A DNA stretch of 49,868 nt from Treponema sp. (GCA_052169975.1 JBQNBK010000001.1:1-49868), one strand, 5' to 3'; counted from the first letter of the stretch, positions 9,815-20,524 are shown. Translations and numbers: made by a program. Notes: generated from the letters alone by a model not told the origin.

Positions 9815-10939
9815 ATGGGGTATGAATCAATAGATAAACTACAGAACATTCTTGCCAATGATGTTTTTAATTATGCAAGTGATAAGAAAAAAGCTGCAGG
9901 AAGGGCGATAGGAACATTTATTGAAATTATTACATTTTATTTAATTAAAACATGGGGATTAGAAGAATATATAGCAATCGAACATCCATTACCAGAATTT
10001 GCAAATAACATTATTAGACATAATGTGGAATTTACTTTGCATGGAAGTAAACTTCTTATAGAAGATTCATTTTCACCGAATGATTATCCTCTTAGTTTAA
10101 GTAAGCTTAAAAAGAAACATTTATCTTTGAATTTATTAAATAATAAAAGTATTATGTTAGTAGACAAAGATAATGTTATTCGTAATGCCTGTACTTTGTA
10201 TGTTAATGATAATTTTATTATTAACGCATATATCAATACAAAAATACAAACATATAGAATTAATAAATTGTTTAATAAACCATTTGCAATGTTTGAGTGT
10301 AAGAGAGTTGGAGTTGAAGAAGGAATAAAAAAAGGACCTACAACAATTGAAAAGGCAAAACAAGGGTCTTATGTGGCACGTACTGTTTCAGCATTGCAAA
10401 GAATAAGATTAAATGATGGCTCTTTAGGTGGACTATTACAAAAAAAAGATAATTCTTTCATAATAGACCAATATTATAGATTATTAAATCAAATAATTTT
10501 GTCAGATGATTCATCATTACTTGCTAATTTTATACTCACTTGTGGAGTGGTCAGTAATCATGGAAATTGGTTTACTTCAGATAATGCAAACAAAGAATTG
10601 TTAGTATTGGCACAGTCTTATGATTGGTTGTTGTTTTTAACAGATCAAGGAATTTCTAAATTTATTACTGATTTATTGATTGAAGATAATCCTAAGTTTG
10701 AACCTATTAAATCTGCTTTTAGATTGAGTTATCAAAAAGATAAGAAAAGAAATATTTTTACAAAAATCAAAATGGATTATAACTGTGATAAAGCATTATG
10801 TTTATACTTTAAAGAGAATATAAAAGAAATAGAATCGTGGTTTAATGTAATTACCCCAAATGATAAAATATTAGCTCATTTAAAAACTGAACTAAGAGCA
10901 TTATCTAAAAAAAATTGGCAAGTTATATATGGAAATTAA
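9815..10939 (+). CDS. Putative restriction endonuclease (PD-(D/E)XK-like)
   Basis: GTFIE helix, HNVEF and FECKR motif; overlaps a DNA methyltransferase gene; AT-rich. Confidence 0.55.
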   Translation: MGYESIDKLQNILANDVFNYASDKKKAAGRAIGTFIEIITFYLIKTWGLEEYIAIEHPLPEFANNIIRHNVEFTLHGSKLLIEDSFSPNDYPLSLSKLKKKHLSLNLLNNKSIMLVDKDNVIRNACTLYVNDNFIINAYINTKIQTYRINKLFNKPFAMFECKRVGVEEGIKKGPTTIEKAKQGSYVARTVSALQRIRLNDGSLGGLLQKKDNSFIIDQYYRLLNQIILSDDSSLLANFILTCGVVSNHGNWFTSDNANKELLVLAQSYDWLLFLTDQGISKFITDLLIEDNPKFEPIKSAFRLSYQKDKKRNIFTKIKMDYNCDKALCLYFKENIKEIESWFNVITPNDKILAHLKTELRALSKKNWQVIYGN

Positions 10940-11525
10940 AGTAGATGCAGCAGGCCGCAGTGTGCATTCTAAATCAAAAGATTGGTGTACTCCTTTTAAG
11001 TATGTTAAGGCTGTGAAAGAGGTGTTCGGTGGAAGCATAGAGTTAGATCCTTGTTCCAATAAATATTCTATAGTGCAAGCAAAAGTTGAATATACTTTGC
11101 CATTTAAAGATGGTCTTGTGGAAAGCTGGAACTATAAAACTATCTATGTTAATCCACCTTATGGAGCAGATCGTGAAAAGAACACAACGATAAAAGATTG
11201 GATTAAAAAATGTGCTGAAAGCTACTATCAATTTCATTCACAAATTATTGCATTAATTCCTGTTGCAACTAACACAACACATTGGAAGCATTATATTTTT
11301 GGAAAAGCAAAGGCAATATGCTTTTTAGCTGACACAAGATTAAAATTTTTAGTTAATGGGAATGAAAAAAATAAGGGTGCTCCTATGGCTTGTTGTATGG
11401 TATATTGGGGAGATAATTTTGACAAGTTTAGATATGTATTTAATAAACATGGGGCAGTGGTAGATATTTCAGAAACAATGAGTCAGTGTGTTTCCCAAGA
11501 ATTTGCACAACAGATTTTATTATAG
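10929..11525 (+). CDS. DNA N6-adenine methyltransferase, phage Dam-type family
   Basis: DWCTP, IELDPCS, DGL...W, VNPPY, IIALIP, RLKF, GAPM motifs; only 198 aa. Confidence 0.85.
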   Translation: MEIKVDAAGRSVHSKSKDWCTPFKYVKAVKEVFGGSIELDPCSNKYSIVQAKVEYTLPFKDGLVESWNYKTIYVNPPYGADREKNTTIKDWIKKCAESYYQFHSQIIALIPVATNTTHWKHYIFGKAKAICFLADTRLKFLVNGNEKNKGAPMACCMVYWGDNFDKFRYVFNKHGAVVDISETMSQCVSQEFAQQILL

Positions 11526-11739
11526 AAATATGAATTAATAAATCAAATTACGATAAGCTCATTCTGTGCTTGCAACAAAATATCAGCCTGTATATGTTTC
11601 TAAGAATTAGTTAAGCAAAACTAAAATAACTATCAAAACTATACATTCATTTTATTTAATTTATATCAATAGCATACTAGAAAAATATTGCAATAATGGT
11701 CATAATTTCTGGTGTTTTTTAAGTAATTGGAGGGAGTAT

Positions 11740-12906
11740 ATGGAAAAAGATATTAGTCTTTTCACATCTGAATCTGTTAGTGAAGGGCATCCTGATAAGT
11801 TATGTGACCAAATTTCTGATGCTGTGTTGGATGCTTGTATTGCACAAGACAAAAATAGTCATGTGGCTTGTGAAGTGTTTGCTTCTACAGCTTTGGTTTT
11901 AGTTGGTGGGGAAATCACTACAGAAGCATTTGCAGATGTTCAAAAAATTGCAAGAGAAGTGGCAAGAGATATTGGCTATACGGATTCAAACTACGGACTA
12001 GATTGTGATTCTATGGCAGTGATGAGTATTATTCATGCACAATCACCAAACATAAATCAAGGTGTGGTAGGGCAAGGGCTGGATGAATATAAGGGAATGC
12101 AAGGAGCTGGAGACCAAGGCATGATGTTTGGTTTTGCTTGCAATGAAACAAAAGAATTAATGCCTTTTCCTATTATGATGAGCCATAAAATATTGCAACA
12201 TGCAGCGAATTTGAGAAAAAACAAAACACTTCCATTTTTGCGTCCAGATGCAAAAACTCAATTAACTGTGAGGTATGAAGGTTTTAAGCCTGTTAAAATT
12301 GACGCTGTTGTGCTTTCGCATCAGCATAATCCTGATATTTCTTATGGAGAGCTAAAGGCTACATTAATAGATGAAATTATAAAACCAATACTAGAACCTA
12401 CAGGGCTATTATCCAAAGACACTGTATATTATATCAACCCTACTGGACGATTTGAAATTGGAGGCCCTATGGGGGACACAGGGCTTACAGGACGCAAAAT
12501 TATTGCAGACACTTATGGGGGTGTAGGGCGTCATGGTGGGGGGGCTTTTTCGGGAAAAGACCCTTCAAAAGTTGACCGTTCGGCAGCTTATATGGCTCGC
12601 TACATTGCAAAAAACATTGTTGCTGCAAAACTTGCAGAAAGGGTAGAGATTCAATTGGCTTATGCTATTGGTGTGCCACATCCTGTTTCCATTAGAATTG
12701 ATTCTTTTGGAACTTCAACTGTACCAGAAGAAAATCTAGTGAATGCTGTGAATAAAGTGTTTGACACAAGCCCAAAAGGCATTATAGAAACACTGGATTT
12801 ATTAAAACCTATATATAGAAAAACTTCTACCTATGGGCACTTTGGGCGTGAAGAATTTACATGGGAAAAAGTAGACAAAGTGGATGCTATTTTGAAAGCA
12901 CTGTAA
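11740..12906 (+). CDS. metK: S-adenosylmethionine synthetase
   Basis: [41 protein letters not shown]. Confidence 0.98.
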   Translation: MEKDISLFTSESVSEGHPDKLCDQISDAVLDACIAQDKNSHVACEVFASTALVLVGGEITTEAFADVQKIAREVARDIGYTDSNYGLDCDSMAVMSIIHAQSPNINQGVVGQGLDEYKGMQGAGDQGMMFGFACNETKELMPFPIMMSHKILQHAANLRKNKTLPFLRPDAKTQLTVRYEGFKPVKIDAVVLSHQHNPDISYGELKATLIDEIIKPILEPTGLLSKDTVYYINPTGRFEIGGPMGDTGLTGRKIIADTYGGVGRHGGGAFSGKDPSKVDRSAAYMARYIAKNIVAAKLAERVEIQLAYAIGVPHPVSIRIDSFGTSTVPEENLVNAVNKVFDTSPKGIIETLDLLKPIYRKTSTYGHFGREEFTWEKVDKVDAILKAL

Positions 12907-12950
12907 TAAGTTATTTAATAATAATTTATTTGATAAGATGATTTTACTTG

Positions 12951-12986
12951 AAAGCTACAATGAAAATGTTCATTGTAGCTTTTTTT
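12951..12986. terminator. Bidirectional intrinsic terminator between convergent genes
   Basis: AAAGCTACAATGAA-AATG-TTCATTGTAGCTTT, 14-bp stem followed by T run. Confidence 0.85.
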
Positions 12987-12989
12987 GTT

Positions 12990-14270
12990 TTATTTATTTT
13001 TCTTTAATGTGCTTGCTAGTCTTGATTGTATTATGAGTCGACTTGCTAATAGGCGAGATAGGAAGATGCCATAGTGAGGGTAGCGTTCTATAAGACGCAT
13101 AAAGTTCATTTTGGGTATTTTGATTAGCACACCTTTACCAATTGAAACAACTGTTGCAGTGCGTTTATCATCAAGTAAAAATGCCATTTCTCCAATGAAG
13201 ACATCACTTGGAGTTAGCACACTTATTAACCTATCATTAACATATACAGCGAAGCGACCAGAGCTAATATAAAAAAGATTGTTTGTTTCTTCGTTTTCTT
13301 TGCAAATTACTTGCATGTGGCGGCACCAAACAATTTCTTGAGACTTTAAGATGACAGGAGTGAAGTTTGTGGTGTTTTGCTGTGTTTCTATTTCAAAAAA
13401 TACTTTGTTGCCTTTTTCGTTATACTCTAGGTTTTTAACCATTCCTATAGACATTCTTATTCCCATGCCATGAGTTGATGGGGAGATTTCTTCGTTTATT
13501 CTTTTTTTCCAATCGAAACCTTCACCTTCATCTTCAATTGATATTTTTGTAGTGTTTTTATAGATGTGATAGCTTATTTTAATTTTCTTTTTAGCTATTT
13601 CTGGGTCTTTTCTTTTAATTGCTATTAGGTCTAGCATGTTTTTACCTTTTGCTAGCCATTCTGTTTTTTCTTCATAAGAGATGCCACAATTGCCGTGTTC
13701 TATTGCGTTGAGTAATAATTCCATCATTACACATTGCAAACTTGAACGGTCGCAATTATTGATTCTATCTGTGTTGTAAAGGTAGGTGTTTAATAAGTTT
13801 GCATAAAAGATAATTTCAAAAGGGTCAGTATCACTTACAAATTCGCCTTGTTCATCATGCTTTGTAATGTTGTTTATATAAGGCTTTTGCAAGAAAAAAG
13901 CATTTTTTTCTAAGATTTTTATAATTTGTTTTGCATGGCTTTCGAATTCTTCTCGTGTAATAACAAACAAAAAATTAGGTTCTTTTAATTGTTCCATTTT
14001 CATTTTTTGTTCTGTTGTATTTGTGATTGCAATTACACCACCAAATAAAAGCCATGGGTCTGCCTTAATTATTTTTAAGCATTTTTCCCCTTCAATGTTT
14101 GCATCCATAAAATCTATAATTTTAATTTCTGGCATTTGGTATTGAAAATATGTTAATGCTTCAGCATAAGATTCCAAAACAACAATCTTTGTGTCATTAA
14201 AAAACAAACTTGCATCTGTAATAGCCTTTATTGTGGACTTTGCTGTAGTAACCAATGGGATACGCCTCAT
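12990..14270 (-). CDS. Signalling protein: receiver-like N-terminus, HATPase_c (anti-sigma kinase-like) domain, C-terminal cyclic-nucleotide-binding domain
   Basis: ELLLNAIEHG, DEGEGFD, HGMGI boxes; FYISSG, IGEMAFL, RTATV cNMP motifs; GGAGG SD. Confidence 0.8.
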   Translation of the reverse strand: MRRIPLVTTAKSTIKAITDASLFFNDTKIVVLESYAEALTYFQYQMPEIKIIDFMDANIEGEKCLKIIKADPWLLFGGVIAITNTTEQKMKMEQLKEPNFLFVITREEFESHAKQIIKILEKNAFFLQKPYINNITKHDEQGEFVSDTDPFEIIFYANLLNTYLYNTDRINNCDRSSLQCVMMELLLNAIEHGNCGISYEEKTEWLAKGKNMLDLIAIKRKDPEIAKKKIKISYHIYKNTTKISIEDEGEGFDWKKRINEEISPSTHGMGIRMSIGMVKNLEYNEKGNKVFFEIETQQNTTNFTPVILKSQEIVWCRHMQVICKENEETNNLFYISSGRFAVYVNDRLISVLTPSDVFIGEMAFLLDDKRTATVVSIGKGVLIKIPKMNFMRLIERYPHYGIFLSRLLASRLIIQSRLASTLKKNK

Positions 14271-14290
14271 AAAACCTCCGTAATTTTTGG

Positions 14291-14319
14291 ATTATACAGT
14301 ATTTTTCTGAAATTGCCTA
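14291..14319 (-). promoter_or_regulatory. Sigma70-type promoter for the cNMP/HATPase gene
   Basis: Minus strand TAGGCA-17 nt-TATAAT, upstream of the GGAGG SD. Confidence 0.5.
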
Positions 14320-14503
14320 ATGTTTTAAGTATCGAATAAAAAGATTTATGAATAAAGTTTTAGTTGGGGTAAGATGAAAGTTCAAAATTTAGTGCTAGCT
14401 TGATTTTTATGCTTTATTATCCTAGACTAACTAGCTAAGACGTTAGGCTTTTATTGGCTTAGTGCTTTATTATATCAATTTTTTTTGATATGGAGGAATA
14501 AAT

Positions 14504-16714
14504 ATGAAAAAAAGATTTAGATTTGTTGCACTTGCATTATTAGCAAGTGCAATGCTAATTATGATGTTTTCATCATGTAACAATCAAGCAAAAAATAAAA
14601 ATTTTGAGCTTGATACAAGTAAAATTTGGGGGAAGAATATTGGTGCAAAAAGTACAACAGTTGAGTCTGACAGTAAAAATAAAAAACTTGAAATACATGC
14701 AGAAAACTGTGAAGAATATAAATATACTTATAAAATAGGAACAAATAGTGGTAACGGAACCACTACAAACGGAGCTTTGAGTGTGGATATTCCAGATATT
14801 CCAACAACTGATACAGATTTGGCAATTACACTTTCTGCTACAGGTTTTAATGACTATAAGATAACAGGAAAGATTAAAAGAGAAGTTAAACAAGCTTATG
14901 ATGTGAAAGTTTTATTTAATGGCGGAGAATCAGGAACTGATGAAGATGCTAGCGAAGGAAGAATTTTTAACACAACCAAAACAAGAGGAACTGTCAAAAT
15001 TATGACAACAGAGAATGAGATGGTAAGTGTTAGTGTGAATGGAAACGATGCAGCACCAGATTCTAACAAAAAAAGTGCTTCTACTGTGATTGATATAAAT
15101 GGGGATGTTGATGTAGAAGTTAAAGTGAAGTTTCAATATTTAGAAGAATATAGAAGAACATTTAAGATTAAAAAGTACACAAGTACAAGTGAATTTCCAG
15201 TACAAGTTGTGAGTGCTAAGATTTTAAGCGGGCCTAATTATGGCAGTGAAAAAAACTTAACATTTGATGGGCAAAACAAAGTAAGTATTTCATTAAGTGA
15301 TATTGAATATTCTAATGTTAAATTAGAGATGGAATTTGAAAGTGCAATTAATTCAAGAGAAGTGAAAGAATGCAAAGATGGTAGACCAAATCCATATACA
15401 CTAAAGTCAGAAAGTAGTGGAGGTAAGATTAAGTTTTCCTCAGATGCTATTGTCGGGCATGTTTCAGGATATGTAGTGGCTGAAATTGGTGATGATGGAA
15501 CTGAGAAAAAGCTTGAACAAATTAAGTCTGGTGAGAAAAAATATAGTGAAGTGCTTATTGTTGGAAAAAATTTTTCTTCTTATAAAATTGAAGTTACAGG
15601 CTCAAACACTAAAAAAGCTACTTATGAAATAGAAATTAAAAGAGATGGTGATATTAATACTACTTTGCTAGATAAAAATTTTGTCGGTATATATAATGGC
15701 CTTTCAGGACGTTCTACCTCTATTAGTTCAATCTTCCTAAATGGCATAATTTTACCATATTTTAATAAGGGACCTATTTTAAAGAGGGAAAATGGTAAGA
15801 ATGATATATGTTTTAACAACGGTGGTTTTACAGATTTAGCTTATATGGACCATATGGGATTACTCCTTGAACAGGAATATACTGATGATGCTTTCTATTT
15901 CTTCTATAATATATATGGAAATGGAACTAGTAATGTGGATAAACATGAATTTAAGAAAGTTAGAGCTAAAATGGTAAAAGAAAAGACTCCTAAAGGTAAG
16001 GAAGTTGATGTTGCTCAGTTAAAGTTTAATATTAAAAATGATGAACTTAAAGATAAGTATCTTGATGCTTTTATGGCAGCTAAAAAAGCATTGCCAAACC
16101 CTATTCTTGCTGACTATTATGGTCAAAAATGGCGACGCACAGCTACAAAGCATGGTTGGCTACTTGGGCTAGAAAATAAAAAAGAAATTGTTTCAGAAGT
16201 GGGAAAACTTTCTGCTGGTATTGTTTTTGGAACAATCTTTAATTATAGAATTCAAGCTATGGCTTATGATGAGCAACATAAAGAACCTTCTTCTAATGAT
16301 AAGTATTTAACCATATCTTCTAATCAATCATATAAATCTTGGGAAGCTAATGTTGGGGATCCAAAATTCTCTTCTTTCTTGTCAGGTGAAACTGGTGAAA
16401 ACAGAGATACTTTTTACTTAACACCTATTTTTGCAGACAAAAGTATTATCCAGAAAGTTACATATACAATTCAAAAGGCTGATAATGGTGGAACTAATTT
16501 TACTGATGTAGATGAACATAAAGAAAAAGATATAACAGCTAAAGATGTGAATGGAAAAACTAGATATATTATTGGAAGCAATGGAACACAGTATGAATTT
16601 ACTACTGGTAATATATATAGAGTTATTGTTACTGTAACATATACTGATAGTAATAGCGAAAAATTTAGCTATCAGATAGATTATAAGAATAAGCAAGAAT
16701 TGGATATAATGTAG
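14504..16714 (+). CDS. Surface lipoprotein, beta-rich, unknown function
   Basis: MKKRFRF + hydrophobic core + MFSSC lipobox; GGAGG SD; downstream terminators. Confidence 0.8.
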   Translation: MKKRFRFVALALLASAMLIMMFSSCNNQAKNKNFELDTSKIWGKNIGAKSTTVESDSKNKKLEIHAENCEEYKYTYKIGTNSGNGTTTNGALSVDIPDIPTTDTDLAITLSATGFNDYKITGKIKREVKQAYDVKVLFNGGESGTDEDASEGRIFNTTKTRGTVKIMTTENEMVSVSVNGNDAAPDSNKKSASTVIDINGDVDVEVKVKFQYLEEYRRTFKIKKYTSTSEFPVQVVSAKILSGPNYGSEKNLTFDGQNKVSISLSDIEYSNVKLEMEFESAINSREVKECKDGRPNPYTLKSESSGGKIKFSSDAIVGHVSGYVVAEIGDDGTEKKLEQIKSGEKKYSEVLIVGKNFSSYKIEVTGSNTKKATYEIEIKRDGDINTTLLDKNFVGIYNGLSGRSTSISSIFLNGIILPYFNKGPILKRENGKNDICFNNGGFTDLAYMDHMGLLLEQEYTDDAFYFFYNIYGNGTSNVDKHEFKKVRAKMVKEKTPKGKEVDVAQLKFNIKNDELKDKYLDAFMAAKKALPNPILADYYGQKWRRTATKHGWLLGLENKKEIVSEVGKLSAGIVFGTIFNYRIQAMAYDEQHKEPSSNDKYLTISSNQSYKSWEANVGDPKFSSFLSGETGENRDTFYLTPIFADKSIIQKVTYTIQKADNGGTNFTDVDEHKEKDITAKDVNGKTRYIIGSNGTQYEFTTGNIYRVIVTVTYTDSNSEKFSYQIDYKNKQELDIM

Positions 16715-16729
16715 CAGAATAATATGGTG

Positions 16730-16860
16730 AAAGCTCTAGTCTTTTTGGATTAGGGCTTTGGCAATTCCAGAAATGAATATTTTCTGGTGCACAGCATTTC
16801 TAAAAGTAATTTTTAACTAAATTGCTAAAAGCCTACAAAAGTTTTTTGTAGGCTTTTTTT
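16730..16860 (+). terminator. Tandem hairpins/terminators after the lipoprotein gene
   Basis: AAAGCTCTAGTC/GATTAGGGCTTT (16730-16759) and AAAAGCCTACAAAA/TTTTGTAGGCTTTT plus T run (16827-16860). Confidence 0.75.
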
Positions 16861-16883
16861 ATTGTCCAAAAGGTGGTATTTAA

Positions 16884-16894
16884 GGGGGGGGGGG
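16884..16894 (+). repeat. Intergenic G11 homopolymer
   Basis: taa-G11-ctttgg in a very AT-rich region. Confidence 0.9.
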
Positions 16895-17270
16895 CTTTGG
16901 GTAAGACAAGGGAATTTAGTAGTATAAATATTAAGGCATAAAATAATAATCATAAATCATTAAAGAAAGACATACTCTTTGCTTATCTGAAGTCTATCCA
17001 CTCGCTAGACTATATAAAGCATACTTACTCAAGTTTCTGGACCATAAAAGAACATATCTCTTTGTCATAAACTTTCATCTTTTATAATTAACTAAAAAGC
17101 TTGTTTTGAAATAGTTTTATAGTCTTTATAATGCTAAAATCCTTGTGGCAACTCTTGTATAAGTATCTTTTTTTTTGTTAGTATGCCAAAATGCTTAAAG
17201 CTTTTTATTTTCAAGATTTTATATACATGCTTGAAGTGCGTTTTGGCTCTATATTCGAGGAGATTTATTT

Positions 17271-18977
17271 ATGCAGACATTAGAGGCATTGGGTAAGTAT
17301 ACATTTCAACATTTGCTGGAAAATAGTGTTAAACTTTTTGAAAAACGACCAGCTGTTTCATTTGCTGATGATGTTCCTATAACATATAGTGAATTCTATA
17401 AGAGAGTCAAACAAACACAAAAACTTCTTACAAATCTTGGTCTACATTCGGGCGACCATATTGCTATTCTTTCCCCTTCTTCTCCTTTTTGGGGCATCAC
17501 ATATTTTGCTATTGTTCTTATGGGCTGTGTTGCAGTGCCTCTTTTGCACGACTTTACTGAAAATGAAATAGCTTCTTGCTTAAAACATTCTAATAGTAAG
17601 GCTTTGTTTGTTTCAAAAAAAATGCAATCAAAGATTCAAAATATGGAAGATTTGGGCATTATAATTAATATTGAAGATTCTAGTTTGCTTAAAGGAAGTG
17701 TTTTGAACAATGACGAGCCTCAAAACTATCTTTGCAACGAAGAAGATTTAGCTTCTATTATATACACATCAGGGACTACAGGGCGTTCTAAGGGTGTAAT
17801 GTTGACTCATAAAAACCTTGTTTTCACTGCAATAACTAGCCAACAAGCTCAACGTATTAATTGTTTTGACGTGGCAGTTTCTATATTGCCTATGTCTCAT
17901 GTTTATGAATTTACTATTGGCTTTTTAATGTTTATTTTGAATGGGGCTTGCATTTACTATTTAGAAGGCCCTCCTGTGCCTAGAACACTGTTGCCTGTTT
18001 TGGCAAAGGTGAGACCTCAATTTATGCTTGTGGTACCATTGGTTATAGAAAAAATATATAAGCAAAAAGTTTTGCCTTCTTTCACAAAAGGTGGGCTTAT
18101 TACCAAGCTTTATCATAATTCTTTGGCAAGAAAAATGCTTTGCAGAATTGCAGGAAAAAAGCTAATTAAGACATTTGGTGGCAGGTTAAAGTTTTTTGGA
18201 ATTGGGGGGGCAAAGATTGACCCAGTGGTTGAAGAATTTATGAAAGATGCTGGTTTTCCTTATGCTATAGGCTATGGGCTTACAGAGACTTCACCATTGG
18301 TTGCATATTCTTCAGTTGGCAAAACAAAACCAGGTTATTTAGGGCACCAACTTTCAGGTATTGAAGTGAAAATTGATCAGCCAGACCCAGAAACTGGGGT
18401 GGGGGAATTGGTTGTTAAAGGCGACAATGTAATGAAAGGTTATTACAATGAGCCTACATTAACAAAAGAAGCTTTCACTGAAGATGGCTTTTTTAAGACA
18501 GGCGATTTATGCATGATTGATAAAAAAGGTTGGATTCGCTTAATGGGGCGTTCTAAAAACATGATTTTAGGTGCAAGTGGCGAAAACATATACCCTGAAG
18601 ATATAGAATTTGTGATTAATCAGCATCCACTTGTTTCAGAATCATTAGTTATTGAAGGTGAAAACTCTTCTTTGCTGGCTTATGTTAAATTAGACGAAGA
18701 AAAATTAAACGCCACAGCTATGAATGAGGTTAATGGTGAGAAAACTTTTTCTGAAAATCTTCAGGGAATGGCATCGGAATTATCTGATGCCTTTATGTAT
18801 AAAAAAGAAGAATTGCTTAATGAAATTAAGTTTTTCATCAATACAAATGTTAATAGAATGTCTCGAATTGACACCATAAAAGCTGTTTCTGAATTTGAAA
18901 AAACTGCAAGCCAAAAAATAAAAAGATATCTTTATTCAATTCAAAGCAATAAAAAGGAAGAAAAGAAAGAAGACTAG
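17271..18977 (+). CDS. Long-chain fatty-acid-CoA ligase (AMP-binding)
   Basis: YTSGTTGRSKGV, GYGLTET, VMKGYY, FFKTGDL, GRSKN...GENIYPEDIE. Confidence 0.92.
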   Translation: MQTLEALGKYTFQHLLENSVKLFEKRPAVSFADDVPITYSEFYKRVKQTQKLLTNLGLHSGDHIAILSPSSPFWGITYFAIVLMGCVAVPLLHDFTENEIASCLKHSNSKALFVSKKMQSKIQNMEDLGIIINIEDSSLLKGSVLNNDEPQNYLCNEEDLASIIYTSGTTGRSKGVMLTHKNLVFTAITSQQAQRINCFDVAVSILPMSHVYEFTIGFLMFILNGACIYYLEGPPVPRTLLPVLAKVRPQFMLVVPLVIEKIYKQKVLPSFTKGGLITKLYHNSLARKMLCRIAGKKLIKTFGGRLKFFGIGGAKIDPVVEEFMKDAGFPYAIGYGLTETSPLVAYSSVGKTKPGYLGHQLSGIEVKIDQPDPETGVGELVVKGDNVMKGYYNEPTLTKEAFTEDGFFKTGDLCMIDKKGWIRLMGRSKNMILGASGENIYPEDIEFVINQHPLVSESLVIEGENSSLLAYVKLDEEKLNATAMNEVNGEKTFSENLQGMASELSDAFMYKKEELLNEIKFFINTNVNRMSRIDTIKAVSEFEKTASQKIKRYLYSIQSNKKEEKKED

Positions 18978-19080
18978 CTATTTTTAATGCCTTGATTGTG
19001 AAAAACCTAAGAAAATTAAAAATACGATAGTTGACTTTGAAGTGCTGTGTTCCTCTATTTTCCTGCAATTAATTTTGTTA

Positions 19081-19109
19081 TTGACAGAGAAGTTAATACG
19101 TATCATAAT
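19081..19109 (+). promoter_or_regulatory. Sigma70-type promoter
   Basis: TTGACA-17 nt-CATAAT. Confidence 0.7.
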
Positions 19110-19118
19110 ATGTTGATT

Positions 19119-20462
19119 ATGTCTACTATAATTATTTCAGTTTTTATTATAGCGTTGGTTCTTGCTTTTGTTATAGTTGTTTCTGGCAAGGTTAAAAATG
19201 CAAGAAATGGAGCGAACGAAGAGAGACGAAAAGATGTTTCTGCTTTGATGAGAGATGCTACTAAAAGATTAACACAAAATCCTCAAGACGTAACTGGTTT
19301 GACTATGATGGGAGAAGTTGCATTCCAACAGCAAAACTGGGAAAAGGCTTATTCTTGCTATGCTTCTTTAATGGATAAAATGGCTGAGCTACCTGTAAAA
19401 GAACAACGAGTAATTATGCTTAGGTGTGGTATTTCAGGTGTTAAGACTTCAAGAAATGCGGAAGCTCGAAAAGGATTAATGCGTGCCTATGCAGTGGATC
19501 CTCATGATGCTGATACTAATTATTATTTAGGGCTTGTTTATTACTTAGACAAAGAATATGACAAAGCTGTATCTCACTTCAAAAAAACATTGGTTGCACG
19601 TGCGGGAAACTATTTAGCATTAAAATATTTAGGGCAATCTTTGCAAAAAATGCACAAATATTCTGAAGCAATTCCTAATTTGAAAAAGGCAATGGACATT
19701 AAACCTGATGATAAGGAAATGTTGTTTGCAATGGGTGAGTGTTTTTATGAAACAGGTTCTGCAGAAAAGTGCTTAAAAATACTAGATCGTCTAAGAGCAG
19801 ACCCTACTTTTGGAGCTCAGTCTTCATTATATACAGGTATGATTAGGGCAAAGTGGGGGCAGTATAAAGAAGCAAAAGAAGACTTTATTATCGGCTTAAA
19901 GCACATGAGCATTCCTTTGGACATTGCTAATGATTTACGTTATAGACTTTCTCAAGCTTATATAAAACTTGGTGAAATTAATTCTGCTCTTACAGTTCTT
20001 AGGGAATTGCAACAAGTTAGTCCTGGATATAAAGATGTTTCAATGCTTATGAACTTGTATCAAGAAATGAACAAGAATAAAAACTTGCAGACTTATCTTA
20101 TGTCAGGGCAAAGTGAGTTTGTTGGTTTATGCAGAAGAATAGTTGGTAGATTCTACGGAAACATGGGGAAGGTTAAGATATTAGATATTCAGGTAGTAAC
20201 TGAATATAGTGATATTATTGTGGAAGTGAATACACCAAAGTTTTCAGATACTGTATTGTTTAGGTTTTTTAGGTCTCAAGGTTCTATTGGTGAACTTCTT
20301 TTAAGAGAATTCCATTCAAAGATTCGTGACACAAAGGGAGGGCGAGGCATTTGTATGACGCCTGGAACTTTCACTGATGATGCAATTAGATATTCAGAAG
20401 GAAGGCCTATTGAATTGTTTGATAAAGCAAAGCTTTCAGCAATGTTAAATAAGATTCAATAG
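19119..20462 (+). CDS. Membrane-anchored TPR protein with C-terminal Mrr-like domain
   Basis: N-terminal TM, multiple TPR helices, C-terminal GRGICMTPGTFTDDAIRY..IELFD typical of the Mrr_cat fold; start moved from 19047 because the promoter lies at 19081-19109. Confidence 0.75.
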   Translation: MSTIIISVFIIALVLAFVIVVSGKVKNARNGANEERRKDVSALMRDATKRLTQNPQDVTGLTMMGEVAFQQQNWEKAYSCYASLMDKMAELPVKEQRVIMLRCGISGVKTSRNAEARKGLMRAYAVDPHDADTNYYLGLVYYLDKEYDKAVSHFKKTLVARAGNYLALKYLGQSLQKMHKYSEAIPNLKKAMDIKPDDKEMLFAMGECFYETGSAEKCLKILDRLRADPTFGAQSSLYTGMIRAKWGQYKEAKEDFIIGLKHMSIPLDIANDLRYRLSQAYIKLGEINSALTVLRELQQVSPGYKDVSMLMNLYQEMNKNKNLQTYLMSGQSEFVGLCRRIVGRFYGNMGKVKILDIQVVTEYSDIIVEVNTPKFSDTVLFRFFRSQGSIGELLLREFHSKIRDTKGGRGICMTPGTFTDDAIRYSEGRPIELFDKAKLSAMLNKIQ

Positions 20463-20482
20463 TCAAATCAAATGTAATTATC

Positions 20483-20509
20483 ATAGGGAGGTTTTTTTAA
20501 TCTCCCTAT
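20483..20509 (+). terminator. Hairpin, probable terminator
   Basis: ATAGGGAG...CTCCCTAT followed by T-rich sequence. Confidence 0.55.
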
Positions 20510-20524
20510 TCTCTTTTTAAAATT

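Noticed and set aside
14391..14450. CTAG-rich stretch upstream of the lipoprotein as a DtxR/TroR box or third array copy
   Set aside because: Poor palindrome and no 22-bp phasing
16960..17090. Possible decayed ORF on the minus strand (MKVYDKEICSF...)
   Set aside because: Several stops and no recognisable homology
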